Origin: Hyaloraphidium curvatum SAG 235-1
Taxonomy: Eukaryota > Fungi > Monoblepharomycota
Length of the DNA stretch: 64,000 nucleotides
Assembly: GCA_025558095.1 (NCBI GenBank)
Contig: JAIVFI010000023.1
Location: 558,001-622,000, forward strand
Direction of reading: 5' to 3'
Shown: positions 36,003 through 47,861 of the stretch, piece after piece
Numbering within the stretch: the first letter of the stretch is position 1
Layout: every line of letters begins with the position of its first letter
The notes under the pieces: generated by a model
Seen by the model: only the letters and a program-made list of their open reading frames with translations
Told to the model about the DNA's origin: nothing
Databases searched by the model: none
Program-made: the position numbers and the translations under genes

Positions 36003-37635
36003 ATGTCGACATCGACCCCCAAGGAGGTCTTCCCCGCCCTGAAGCGCCCCGTCGACGGCGAGATCCCGCCGCAGTTCCCCGCCGACGGGCCTCCCCCGCT
36101 CCCTCTCACGCATCACGAGCCGCGCCGCCCCGGCCGGCTCTTCTTCGCCAACCCCGGGCCGACCAACATCCCGGACTCGATCCAATGGGCTGCCGCGCAC
36201 CACTCGGTGGACTTTTTCGATCGCGATTGGAACGATGTCTACATGTCGTGCGTGGACGGCGTGAGGAAGGTGCTCAAAACGACGGATCCGAAGAGCCACG
36301 TGTTCTTCAACGCCGCGTCGGTCGGTTCTGCCGTTTCCCGTCGCGCCGCCGGCCTCTGACGCGCGTTTTCGGGCCCGCCCAGGGTAACGGCGCGTGGGAG
36401 GCCGCCCTCGTGAACCTGCTCACCGTGGGCGACACCGTGCTCATGCTCGACTCGGGCTTCTTCTCGGACCTGTGGACCGCCATGGCGCGCAATCTGGCGC
36501 TCAAGGTCGAGGTGCTGGACTGCGACATCCGGAGGGGCGTGGATCTGGGGAAGCTCCGCGAGGTGCTGGAAAAGGACGCGAAGGAGGGCCGGTTCAAGGC
36601 CGTGTGCGCGGTCCACAACGAGACGTCGTCGGGCGTCGTGGCTCCGATCCACGAGATCAGGAAGGCGATGGACGCCGCGGGACACCCGGGCCTGCTGATG
36701 GTTGGTCGCTGCGGGTTTCGTTGTCCTTGGCTGACGAGATCGCGTCTTCCAGGTCGACACAATCTCCAGCTTGGCCTCGATCAACTTCGAGTTCGACGCC
36801 TGGGGCGTGGACGCCGCCGTCTGCGGCGGCCAAAAGGTGAGTTATTAACCGACTCTTAAAGTATATAGGGCTTGATCCCAACTGGCCTCTCATTCACCAA
36901 AGGGCTTGATGTTGCCGACTGGCCTCTCATTCACCGGCGTCTCGGCCAAGGGCCTCCAGGCGCATCTCTCCCGCGCTTCGCCCTTTCCGGCGCACTATTT
37001 CTCGTGGAGCTGGTGGGATAAATCTCTACTTATGCTTACTCATGACTAAAGTCCCGCAGGATGCTGCGCCGCCCGCAAAAATCCTTCGCGGGGACCATCC
37101 CCACGCAGTTCTTCTACGCCCTGAAGGAGGCCCTGCGCCTGATCCTCGACGCCGAGGGCCTCGAGAACGTGCTGCAGAGGCACCACCGCCTTGCCGAAGG
37201 GGTGCGGCGGGCCATAGCGCACTGGGGGAAGGACGGGGGGCCGCAGATCCTGTGCCTGGATCCATCGAGGTACTCGGACTCGATCACCACGGTGATGATG
37301 CCGGAGGGGTGCGATCCCGAGGCCGTGAGGAAGGTGGCGTACGCTATGGGGGTCAGCTTGGGGGCGTCGATGGGGAGGATCGCGGGGAAGGTGTTCCGGA
37401 TCGGGCACCTCGGTACGTGATCTCCTTGACATTTCGTGGCGTCCGGCTCATTTCTGTGGCAGGCGACCTTAACGAGCCCATGGTGCTGGGCACGCTCGGC
37501 GTCATCGAGGCCGCGTTCCTCGTCAACAAGTTCCCCATCACCCCGGGCGGGGTCACGGCCGCGGCCGAGTACTTTGCGAGCTGCAGGGACAAGTCGGGCG
37601 AGCTGAAAGGGGGGGTAAACGGTGTGCATCTCTAG
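36003..37635 (+). CDS. Class V aminotransferase (alanine/serine-glyoxylate aminotransferase)
   Basis: NPGPTNIP, GNGAWEAALVNLL, VHNETSSGV, VDTISSL, GGQK/GLMLPTG (PLP Lys), VFRIGHLG. Confidence 0.92.
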
Positions 37636-37963
37636 AGTGTGTAGAGCGGCGTGATGTGAGGGTTGGAAGGGAAAGAAAGGAGATGGGAGGTGCCTGGCCG
37701 AGGCTCGGTGAAACTGTGAGGAAGCCGCTGCGGCGCCCGGCGAGTCACGATCAGATCCAACCTCTGCCCCTCGCGAATCCCGGTCCGGAGCAACGAATTG
37801 CGGCCGGAAATAGCTCAATCCTCCAGCTATGGCCGATCACGGTGGTTTCCTGCTGCCTTTTGCCGGTGGGCCGCCGTGCGGTTGGTGGGTGATCCTCCCG
37901 CCTGCGGCACTGCTGTCTGGCTAAGCCGCAAGTTCCACCCCAATCACCCTCCCGCTCCCCACG

Positions 37964-38378
37964 ATGCGCGCCGCCGCGCTGCTCCTCGCGCTCGCCGCTC
38001 TCCTTTCCCTGGCGCTGTCGGGCGCCGCGCAGCGCGTGGTCATCGAGCCCAACGCCGGGCCCGACCCGTGCAGCAACGCCGCCATCTTCATGGCCGCAAA
38101 CGCCGTCGACATCCTCGACGCCCGCAGCGGCCGCGTGGAGAAGGCCTTCGTGGGTGTCCGCCGCCCCGCTCGCCGGCCCCGCTGACCGCCCCGTCCCGCC
38201 GCAGTCCTCCGCCCGCCACGCCTTCCCCGACCCCGACCGCGTGTGCGTGTGCCGCGACCGCTTCCTGGCCGGCATCGGCAAGTACTGCCAGACGACGTCG
38301 GAGTTCTACCAGTACTGGTACAAGCTGTGCTACGAGAGCTCGACGACCTACGACTTTGCCCGGTGCCGCTCCAACTAG
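37964..38378 (+). CDS. Small secreted cysteine-rich protein
   Basis: Signal peptide MRAAALLLALAALLSLALSGAA. One intron (~38150-38204). About 120 aa with 6 Cys, ending ...YDFARCRSN*. Confidence 0.75.
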
Positions 38379-39026
38379 GCGCCCGGATGGCCATGAAGGC
38401 CGGAATGACACTGGTTTCGGGCTTCCCGACACTCACTGGGGATCGTATTGCGGCTACCCATAGATCAGCGCCCGTATTGCGCCGTGTATCGACCATGCTG
38501 TAAGATATCTGCCTATTCTGGATCTTGCCTGCTCCTTGCCGGCCAAATGCGATATTTCCGATGGAACCAGTCGGCAATGAATCCAGAATATCATGTGGCA
38601 CGCTTCCTGGCATAGTCCCAGTATGTGGGCCTTTCCTTGTCGGCTGGGAGTGAAGGGCGAGTGCGGCGCCTGATGAGCCCATTGCCGCAGCGTCCGAGGA
38701 GAATAGACAACGAAGCCGTCTTTGCGAAGAAGCAATCAACCGGGCTCTGGTAGTATAGAAGAGCGGCAGAGAAGGAACGCCTCGGGCTCGCTGATAGCGC
38801 GCCGCGCCGCTCCTGCCTGTTGCAAAACCGCGCCCACGAACGGCTTCGCGGCAAACACCCGCCGGCGCCTTTCTCGCGCCGTCCGAAGCTCTTCGCGTGC
38901 CTCGCAGCGCTTTCCCGGCCCGTCAACGCGGGATCCGCCCCTCTAGCGCCCGCAAACCGCCCCGGCGGTCGGCAACCGTCGCCTCGTTTCTCCCTCCCCT
39001 CCCACCATCCCCTGAACCAATCCGCC

Positions 39027-39899
39027 ATGGGAAACCCCGCCATCACCTCTCCCTCCCCAAGGAAACCGCCGGGAAACCCCGCCACCACCTCTCCCTCCCC
39101 AAAGGAACCACCTGTCCGCGCCGCACCCGCGCTGTTCTCCCCGTACCCGGGCAAACGCCGCACCGAGCTCTTCTACCTGCTCTACACCCCCGTCTGGACG
39201 CTTGCGCTCGCCGCCGTGATCCTCACGGGGACCTACAGGACGCTCGGCGATCCGGGGTACCTGGCCATGGGCACCGCCTTTGCCGTCCCGCTCTTCGTCG
39301 TCCCTCTGTTCTGGCCCGCCGAGGAGGCGCGCACGGCGCAGAGGGCCAACGCGTTCCTCTTTGCCCTGTCGTACTTTGGCAACTACGCCATGTCTCCCTA
39401 CTTCTTCGAGCTGCTGGGTATGCGGTACCGATGGCCCAACAAATGGAACTGGGACGCGTATCTCATTGGTGCCGAGAGGGGGAGGGTGCCGTTCTGGCTG
39501 ACCCCGCTGACGGCGGCGTACTTTGCCACGTACCACGGGATCGCGTCCGTCGCGAGGCGGTGGATCGTTTCGCGGTTCCGGTTGGGCAAGTGGGGGGATG
39601 CCGCCGTGGTGTGCGGGCTGGCGTACGCGCTGGCGTTTGCGGAGACGTACGTGATGGCCTCCCCCATCATCGACGACGTCTTCGAGTACTCGGATCGGGA
39701 CAGGATGCTCAAGTACGGCAGCATCTGCTACGGGATCGTCTTTCTGCTCTCGTTCCCGGCCTTCTCGGCGCTGGACGAGGACGAGGCCGCCCGCGCGAGG
39801 CCGCTGTGGGATTTGCTGGCCCTGTCCATGGGGTGCTGCTTCGCGGCGATGATGGCGATGGACACGTGGGCCAACTTGTTCGGCAAGATCATCGTGTGA
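39027..39899 (+). CDS. CPI1: Cycloeucalenol cycloisomerase (cyclopropyl-sterol isomerase) homolog
   Basis: KRRTELFYLLYTPVW, ANAFLFALSYFGNY..YFFELLGMRY, YFATYH, YALAFAET, DRDRMLKYGSICYGI..SFP....DE follow the CPI1 motif order. Intronless. Confidence 0.85.
   Translation: MGNPAITSPSPRKPPGNPATTSPSPKEPPVRAAPALFSPYPGKRRTELFYLLYTPVWTLALAAVILTGTYRTLGDPGYLAMGTAFAVPLFVVPLFWPAEEARTAQRANAFLFALSYFGNYAMSPYFFELLGMRYRWPNKWNWDAYLIGAERGRVPFWLTPLTAAYFATYHGIASVARRWIVSRFRLGKWGDAAVVCGLAYALAFAETYVMASPIIDDVFEYSDRDRMLKYGSICYGIVFLLSFPAFSALDEDEAARARPLWDLLALSMGCCFAAMMAMDTWANLFGKIIV
39030..39112 (+). repeat. 42-nt tandem duplication in the CPI1-like N-terminus
   Basis: ggaaaccccgccatcacctctccctccccaaggaaaccgccg followed by ggaaaccccgccaccacctctccctccccaaaggaaccacc. 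Confidence 0.85.
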
Positions 39900-40034
39900 G
39901 GGGTTGGAAGGAGAAGAGAGATCCGGCTTTCGTGGCCTGCCCCGTAGCCTGTGCCCTGTCGACGGCGCGGGCGCGCACGCTTCCCCGGGCCCCGGCATCA
40001 TGCCTTTCATCTGGTTCCGATTCCTGCCACGAGG

Positions 40035-40577
40035 TCACGACAAGCGCAGGTACGCCGCGCCCGGTGACCTTTCTCCGGTGCTGGGATAGGCCCTCTGCAC
40101 TTCCACGACCAGCCTGTTGCCGTCCTCCGACGCCCGCACCCATGTTCCCTCGCCGACCCCGACTGCCCCCTTCACGGTGCCCCAGACAAGCACGTACTTT
40201 CTCCCTCCGCACTGTACCCCGTTATCCTCGAGCATTCCGGTCCGTTGCCGCGGGATCAGTCCCTCCAGATGCCGCTCCAACCACCCATCCGCCCCGTCCC
40301 GGGCAAACGCCGCCAGCGGGATCATCGACCCCGGTCCGCACGAAACCAGCACCCGCACGCGCCTCTCTGCAGCCCGGATCAGCTGTGGGGACAGCAGAGC
40401 TCGCGCAGAGCGGCAGGAGAGGGAGAGATTCAGAAGCGTTCGGAGCTGGCCGGCGCCTGCGAGCGCCGAGGCAAACAGGGTGAAGAGGTCCGCGGGGAGG
40501 GCGGGCAGCGGGGCCAGCGGGGTCTGGGGGGATGAAATGGCTTCCCCAGAGGGTGGCCCGTTTGAATTGCAGTCCAT
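40035..40577 (-). CDS. Small F-box-like protein
   Basis: LPALPADLFTLFASALAGAGQLRTLLNLSLSCRSARALLSPQL resembles an F-box motif. The 3' end is uncertain. Confidence 0.55.
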   Translation of the reverse strand: MDCNSNGPPSGEAISSPQTPLAPLPALPADLFTLFASALAGAGQLRTLLNLSLSCRSARALLSPQLIRAAERRVRVLVSCGPGSMIPLAAFARDGADGWLERHLEGLIPRQRTGMLEDNGVQCGGRKYVLVWGTVKGAVGVGEGTWVRASEDGNRLVVEVQRAYPSTGERSPGAAYLRLS

Positions 40578-40697
40578 GTTTGCGGTGCCTGTGCCGAGAG
40601 CCGGGGGTGCGGAGTTCCTCTGTTTGGGCTCTCGCCGTGTTTGCGCGAACCTCCCATCCAAACACCCGGACGGACAAACAACCCCTGCGGCATCGCG

Positions 40698-42947
40698 ATG
40701 GACGCGCACGCGGACGTGCTCGCGCACCTCGCGCCGTTCTGCGGGCTGCCGACGTTCGCGCGGCTGCTGCGGCTCAGCCGGGCGGCGCACCGCGCGCTCG
40801 ACCGCGCGTCTGTGTGGCGCGACGTGGCCCTCGGCGAGTGGGGCACGCACCGCGCGCCGCTCGAGCTGCTGCACAGAGCGCTGGGCGACAATGCCCTGAA
40901 GGGGACGCCGGGCCGCCCCGTCGAGGCGCTGCTGCGGAGGCTGCTCTCGCTGGGGCTGCTCCGCCCTCCTCCCTTCGCGGCCCACTTTGCCGGCCGCCGC
41001 GTGCGCGCAATCAGGGGCGTCGCGGATCTGCTGGCCGCCCGCAGCAGGTTCGCCGAGCGCGCACCCGACAGGGGGGCTGCCCAGCCGGCACAGGCCACGG
41101 ACCCGCGGCTGGCGCGGGCAGCAGCCCTGGCAGAGGCCATTGTCGCGCGGCTGCCCCCGGTTGCCGCCGCCCAAACCACCGCCGAGGACTCACAAGGCAC
41201 CGATGTCGAAGCACCCAGCCCGGATGAAGCCGATGCTTCCCCCCAGCCCGACGCCCACCCCGACGACGCCGCCCGCTTCCTGCAGCTCCTCCGCCTCGCC
41301 CTCGGCCGCGCCCCGCGCCCGCACTTTGCCCGCCTCGCCCGGTTCCTCGCCGAATCCGGCTTCCCCGTGTGCCCCGTCGCGCTGCTCGGCACGGACCGCG
41401 TCGGCGCGCCGCTGCAGGGGCCCGGGCCGGCGGACCTGCCCGTGCAGATGGTCGAGCTGGCGTACCGCGCGTGGCGGGCCGGCGAGCGGGGCCTGCTGTC
41501 GAGGTTGGCTGCGAATGGGTTTTGTCTGGCGGACTTTGCCGGGCCAGGTGGCGCAGGGGCCAAGGGGCTGCGGACGAAATCGGCCGCCGATGTCTGGTTC
41601 GTGCTCATGGTCCGCAAGGCGCTGCAGGGGGCCGAGGACGTCGACCCATCCGAAGGCACATCGGACAGCGGCTCCGAGTCCGCCGACGAAGCGGCCGCCT
41701 TCTTTGCTTCCCCGCACGCCCTCGCATCCGACGACAGCGACACCCAGCGCCGCCTCGACCGCACCCTCCTGATCCCCTTTGCCCGCACCTACCTCCGCCC
41801 CTCGGGCATCCGCCTTGACCGCACCGCGCTCCTCCTCGAGCTCGTTCCCGCCGCCGTCGCCCCCATCTGCAGGCACCACCCCGGCGCGCACCTCGCCTCC
41901 CGGCGGCGGCGCGAGCTCGAGGGCTTCCTCCGGTGGTTCCGCCACCTCGAGGTAGCCCTCGCCTTGCCCGCACCACCGGCGGACCCGGACCTCCCCACCC
42001 GCCTGTTCGAGTCGCACCTGCGCTCCCTCGCCCGCTCCAGACACGCGGACGACGCCACGGCGCTGTACCTCGACTCGCGGCTCGTCCCCCCCACCCGCGC
42101 GCTGGCCCTCCTCCGCGCGCACGCCGAGTCGCTCGCCCCCTCGCCGTGGGACCCGCGCGACGAGTCGTTCTTTGCCGCGCAGGGGGTCGAGGACGCCCGG
42201 ATCGCCGGGCTGCTGGCGGCGGGTGCGGCCGCCGAGGTGCGCGCGGGCGAGCAGGCGGGGGCGTTCGGGAGGTGGATGCTGGCGCGGTGCGTGGCGTGGG
42301 AGTACCAGCTGGGGATCGTGACGTGCCTGAGCAGGGGGGCGAGGGCGGACGGGGGCACGCTGGATGCCGTGAGGGGCAAGACGATCGCCGCCCAGGTTCG
42401 TGCCCGTCGCGCTGCATGGTCTGCATTACGGGACGCGCTGACACACCGATTCCCTGAATAGCAACGCATCTGGCCCCTCCTCATCAAGCACTCGGACCTC
42501 CCCTCCCTCTCCCGCCTCGCCCGGGCCGCCTCCTCCCCTCCCCGCCCGCGCCGCCCGCAGCTCTCCCTCCCGTGCTCGCCCGTCGCCCGCATGCCGGGCG
42601 GCGACCCCGAATCCGCGGTCGCGGAGCTGGTCCTCCGCTCTTTGAGGGCGAGGTTCGACGCCGAGATCGGTGGCGCGGTGAGGGAGGGCGTGAGGGGGTT
42701 GTTGAAGGGACGGGGGGGGGTGCCGGACCTGGAGGGGTTGGTGGGGAGGGTGTTGGAGGGGAGGAGGTACAAGGGGGCGGTGATGGCGTCGCCGTCTGTG
42801 GGGAGGGGTGAAGGGCGGTGGGGAGCGGAGGACGGGGCGGCGGTGGAGAGCCCGGAGCCTGTAATGGTTGCGACGGCGGAGGAGGTGCCGGTGGCGGCGG
42901 ACGGGGGGATGGATCCGTCGTGGTTCCAGGGGGACGTGGAGTTCTGA
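40698..42947 (+). CDS. Hypothetical protein with an N-terminal F-box-like motif
   Basis: MDAHADVLAHLAPFCGLPTFARLLRLSRAAHRALDRASVWR. An intron at 42396-42461 puts the 42591-42947 ORF in frame. Confidence 0.65.
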
Positions 42948-43016
42948 ATGCGACGAGTGGTGGCTTGTACAGGCCGTAGAGGCGTCCGAGAGAAGATACC
43001 CTATTCGTTCGTTGGA

Positions 43017-43350
43017 CTACATCCGAGACTTTTCGGCCCCGTTGCCGCGGTACCTGATGTTCACCGCCCTCGCGCGCGCCCTGATCAAAGGCTTCGGCAT
43101 GCCGGTTTTGCCATCCTTCCACGCCACCCAGTCGTGCAGATGGAAGATCGCGCATTCCAGGGCGAACTCCTTCCCCTGCAGCAGCGTGTCCTTGGTGATC
43201 CCCGGCGGGGGTATCAGCACCGCCGCGTAGGATCCCGGCGCGGGAACGGGCCGGAGGTAGTCGACCGTCAGCGACGCCGTGACGATGACAAAGTCCTTGG
43301 GCCCGACGCCCAGCTCGCCTGCCAGCAGGTTGAACCCCGCGACGAGTTGC
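43017..43350 (-). pseudogene. Hotdog-fold (PaaI-like) thioesterase C-terminal fragment
   Basis: VIVTASLTVDYLRPVPAP motif. No convincing upstream exon before the divergent ankyrin-kinase gene. Confidence 0.5.
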
Positions 43351-43638
43351 AGATGACAGGGAGACCCGGATGGAGGGAAACCGTTCGGGAAAGCGATCCT
43401 TCGCGCGCCTCCGAAAACAGACTCTAGCAGCTGCGAGGCGCGTGGGCAGTGACGCTCATTCCGTCCGTTCCGATCGCGGCATCGACATGGCTCCTGGATG
43501 GTCGTTGATCGCGTCTGGGACCGATCTTGGGTCTCGCCAAGGAGGGAGACGCGTCCCATCGCAGTCGTCGCCGCCACACGCGGTCACCCGACACGTATTC
43601 CGGACGACTCGTCCGCGAATCCCGCCCCGCGAGCCGCG

Positions 43639-45343
43639 ATGAGCGACGACCGCCCCGCGAAGCGCGCGCGGTCGTCGGCCCCGGGGAGCCCGGCGCCGGG
43701 CCGCCCCGACGCGCTCGGCAGCAAGGGCGCGGCGCCTCTCCACAGTTTCGCAGCGGAGGGCAAGGAGGACGCGATCCGGCTGGCGGCGCGCGACAGGACG
43801 GTCGATATGGACGTCGCCGATGCCAACGGTTACACGCCGCTGCTGTTCGCCGTGCGCAAGGGGCACCCGCACGTGGTCCGGTTCCTGCTCTCCCTCGGGG
43901 ACCGCGTCGACCCGAACAGGGCCCGCAGCGACGGCGTGACGCCGCTGATCCGCGCTGCAGAGGTCGGCGGCTCGGAGAAGGCCGAGGAAGTGCTGAAGCT
44001 GCTGCTCAACGATCCCCGCGTGAACGTCAACGCCCGCGTGACCGCCAGCGCGAAAGACAAGCCCACCAAGGCAGGCGACACGGCCCTCCACGTCGCCGCC
44101 CGCGCCGGGCACGCCGAGTTCGTGCACCGGCTGCTCGAACACCCGGACCTGAACGTGACGGTCGCCAACGATGCCGGGGAGACCGCGGCCGACCTTGTGC
44201 CCGACGATGCCGACGGCTCCCTGGCGCCCACGAAGCAGAGGCTCCAGGAGGCGGTCGCGCGGGACCGCCTCAAGGCCGGAGCCCGCCTGCGGATATCCAA
44301 CATGAAGCTCGACTATCACGGCGACCTCGTGCTGGGCAAGGAGCTCGGCCGCGGCGGGTTCGGCGTTGCTTACGAGGCGGAATTGCGCGCGGGGTCCGCA
44401 TGCACCGCTATGCCCAATGGCGGCCGCGTTGCCGTCAAGATCGAACTGAAGCCCTGGGAGGACAAGGATTTCGAGAAGGAGGTGATACTGTGGGCGCATG
44501 CGGGAAGCCACGAGAACAGTGGGTGAGGCCAGGGCCAACTTTCGGTCGATCTGACCAAGCTCTTTTCCAGTCGTCGCCCTCTTGGGCTACTGCGAATCTC
44601 CAAAAGCCTTCGTCTCGCAGTTGGTGGAAGGCCACATCCTGGCCCACCACCTGTTCTACCTGTGGCGCCCCAAGAAGGGACCCAAGCCGACGGCTGCGGA
44701 GTACCACCGCGCCTCTGCGCTCCTCCTCCTCGACATTGCCCGCGCCATCGAGTACCTCCACGACGTGCGGCACCTCGTCCACGGCGACCTCAAGGGCGAC
44801 AACGCGTTCGTTTCCGCCGGACCCCGGCCGCGCGCGCTGCTGGCCGATTTCGGGCTTTCCCGCATCCGCATCGACGGCAGCTACAGCAAACCCATCACGA
44901 GGGAGCCTCCCGGCGGCTGGCCCTTCAAGGCGCCCGAGATGCTCGCCCTGCAGCCGCAGAAGGCGCGCAAGCCCACCGACGTGTACGCCTTCGCCATGCT
45001 CATCTACATAGCCGGATCGGGGGGCTACGAGCCGTTCTACAAGCAGCTCCGGGCCAAGTACGAGGATCTGACGCCGGACGAGCAGGACGAGGAGGACGCG
45101 CGCGTGAGGGGGTTGAAGGCCGCCGTGCGGACGCCGCCTCCCGAAGGGCCGTGCAGGCCCAAGCTCCCGCCCGAGCCGGCGATCCCGGGCTGGAACATGC
45201 CCAGGATGCCTGACGGGATGCGGAAGCTGATGGAGGACTGCTGGGCGCACGAGCAGGAGAAGAGGCCGACGATGGCCGAGGTCGTGGCGAGGCTGGAGGG
45301 GATGCTGGCTCCGGGAGGGGAATTGGCAGCTCCGACGACGTAA
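43639..45343 (+). CDS. Ankyrin-repeat TKL-like protein kinase
   Basis: Ankyrin repeats GYTPLLFAVRKGH, GVTPLIRAA, GDTALHVAARAGH. Kinase motifs LGRGGFGVAY, VAVK, HGDLKGDN, DFGLS, KAPE, DVYAFA. Intron at 44523-44570. Confidence 0.93.
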
Positions 45344-45444
45344 ACCAACACACGGTTCGAATTGTGTGCAAAAGTGCAAAGAACGAGCTATGAAGATCCC
45401 ACACATGCGCCTCCGCGTCCATGCCCAGCAAGACCCCAAGCAAA

Positions 45445-46701
45445 TCAGACGATCGCCAGCGCCACGTCCAACTCGAACGCCTCCTCCTCCAGCCTCCTGC
45501 GCCCTTCGGCATCTCCACGATCTTCCCCGAGATCGAACAGCCCCCAGGGTGCTTTCGAGCGCACGCATCCACGGAGCTCAGCCGCCCTCGCCCGCATGGC
45601 TCCTTCCGTCACGACCGGGGGTAGCCAGTCGGGGCTGGCGATGCGCAGCCTCGTGTCGCATCCGGGGCGCGCCAGAGCTTCCAGGACGACCCGTTCGGCC
45701 CCGGCGAAGGCGTCCGAGTCCGAGCTATCCAGGTCCGGGTAAAGCAAGATTTCGAGCTTCCTGACCCGGGGCGGGAACCCGTTGCGAAGCTGACGCACAA
45801 TGTGCGACGTGCCGCCCTTGATGACGAGGATCGTGATGCTCGTACACGCCGTGACCTGCGCCCAGAGCTCGTCGCTTTCGACATCGGCGAGGTGGTAGAA
45901 CGAAATCGGGCGGAAATCGGGCCGCCGGCGGAACAGCTCGGAGTTGACGATGCGGCCGACGTTGCTCAGCTTCTTGATCCTGCGCACAACCCCCGGCGCC
46001 AGGGACGTGAGGAGCAATGTCTGGTCCCGTATCCCGGAGGCCGACTTGTCGATTTCGTCGGCAGAGAGCATGATCTCCTTCAGCCGTGGCGAGTCCCTCG
46101 CGATGCCCTCGCAGATCTGCCGCATCACATCGTTCACAGGCCAGGTCAGGTCCAGCTTCTCGAGGGCGGGGAACTTCGCCAAAGTGAAGGGCTTCACTTC
46201 GTCGTTCCATCGAGGTTCAAGGTATGGGTACCTCAGCAACTTGAGCGCCTCCACATTGGGCCACGTCAGCGCCGAAAAGCGCCCGAAATCTCCCGCGTCG
46301 CGGACCGTGACGTCCAAGTCCGTGATTTGCGGCGCCAGCGCCTCGACGAGACCGGAATCCCACGGCCAGCCGGGCTCTGTGCCCAAGTCCGAGAGCACCA
46401 GGCGCCGGCACAGACGGAACTTGCTCTCCCCACCCGCCCCGGCCGAGCCGCCAACGAAGCGCCGCATGCCGTCGAGGTCCACAAAAACGTGCGACCACTC
46501 GAGGCCGCCGTCTTCGTCCACGCCGTAGTCGAAGACCATGTCGAGGAGCCTCGGGGCGAGACGCGGCAAAAGGAGCTCGCACGCTCCGCGCGACGCCAGC
46601 GCCATCTCGAGGAGCGTGCGCGCCGGTACAAACCGCGCGACATTCAGGAGGAGCTCGGGCGGCACTGCGGGGCCGTCGCTGGGGTCAGAGACGTCGGACA
46701 T
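45445..46701 (-). CDS. F-box-like / degenerate-LRR protein, copy 1
   Basis: VPPELLLNVARFVPARTLLEMALASR (F-box-like), then repeats such as WPNVEALKL, FPALEKLDL, SPRLKEIML. Paralog of 51786-53012. Confidence 0.75.
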   Translation of the reverse strand: MSDVSDPSDGPAVPPELLLNVARFVPARTLLEMALASRGACELLLPRLAPRLLDMVFDYGVDEDGGLEWSHVFVDLDGMRRFVGGSAGAGGESKFRLCRRLVLSDLGTEPGWPWDSGLVEALAPQITDLDVTVRDAGDFGRFSALTWPNVEALKLLRYPYLEPRWNDEVKPFTLAKFPALEKLDLTWPVNDVMRQICEGIARDSPRLKEIMLSADEIDKSASGIRDQTLLLTSLAPGVVRRIKKLSNVGRIVNSELFRRRPDFRPISFYHLADVESDELWAQVTACTSITILVIKGGTSHIVRQLRNGFPPRVRKLEILLYPDLDSSDSDAFAGAERVVLEALARPGCDTRLRIASPDWLPPVVTEGAMRARAAELRGCVRSKAPWGLFDLGEDRGDAEGRRRLEEEAFELDVALAIV

Positions 46702-46962
46702 TGTTCGAAACCTTTCGTTGCGAGAGTTATGACGTGGTCTGTTCGAGGCCCTGGCAATCCACTTCTGCACTTTTGGACGTTCCGAAATTCAAGCCGCGCC
46801 GGATATCTGCATGAACTGGACACGAATGCACTGCGTCAGCTAGGGTCGGTCGCCCATCGCTTCCTAAGTCAAGGCTAGCAGTCCACACTCCTGCTTCCCC
46901 CACTCGCACCTCAGTAACCCGGATCCGCGTCCTATAGCATCCATCCCCTTCTTCCGAGCCGG

Positions 46963-47594
46963 CTATCCGTCCTCCATCCGAGCAGTAGCCGGCCCTGTGT
47001 GGCAGCGAGGCTTGTGGTTCCTCCAGTCGGCGCGCTGGCACTCGCGAGAGCAGTACGACACCGACTTGCATCTGGCGCACCGTTGCAGTTCCGACACGGG
47101 CTGTAGGCCTGGCTGGTGAGGCAGGTGCCCGTCATCGAACCCCGCCCGCGCCCTCGCCCAGTGATGGCCGAGAAGGCCCTGTCCATGAGCTTCGGAAGGG
47201 GCTTGTTGCAGATGGGAGATCGGCAGAGGGGGGCGAAGATGGTGCAAAGGAAAGAGAAGAGGCGGCCTTCGTCGTTGCGGTTGTGGACGACGACGCCAGA
47301 CAGCTTTGTGCGGTGGCCGCATATGATGCAGGGGCTGCGAAAGGCAGATCCGGTCGGCGGGTTCGTTTCGGGGCACCACGCAGACTCCAAGGGCGAGGCG
47401 GGCCTGCCGCCCCTCGAGAACGACGGCTGCCATTTCAACGAAAGCGTGATGTTTCGATTTGTCCAGAGGCTGGCGATCAATTGAGTATCGTACCGTCGTC
47501 ACCAAGCTAGAGAGGATGCTGATGACGTGCAAGGAGCTGAATCCTTAGAAATACCGAGACCGGAGCCCCACGATCTTGGCTTGGGAGACGGCAT
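46963..47594 (-). pseudogene. MYND zinc-finger gene, copy 1 (frameshifted)
   Basis: LQRCARCKSVSYCSRECQRADWRNHKPRC lies in a different frame from the upstream CIICG...PLCRSPIC segment. The intact paralog at 54599-55339 has both in one frame. There is an early stop after the homologous ATG. Confidence 0.78.
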
Positions 47595-47861
47595 TGCGTC
47601 CAGCTCCAGCTCTCCGCGATCGGATGAGCGAATCCCGTCGTACTTGCATGGCGCTGCCTTGACGATCAATACCATGAATGCTTATTATTATCAACGATTT
47701 TGCTCGATCCTGAAGCTGTACATCACGGGTGCTATGTTGCGTCTCGGTTTGCGGTTCGTCAGCGCGTCGTCTCGACCCTGTCGCGCCGCCACCTTCCCTC
47801 GTCGGCGATCCGGGGCCGCATCGCGCATCTGCCCGCCTTCCGGCACCCTCCGTCGACCGCG

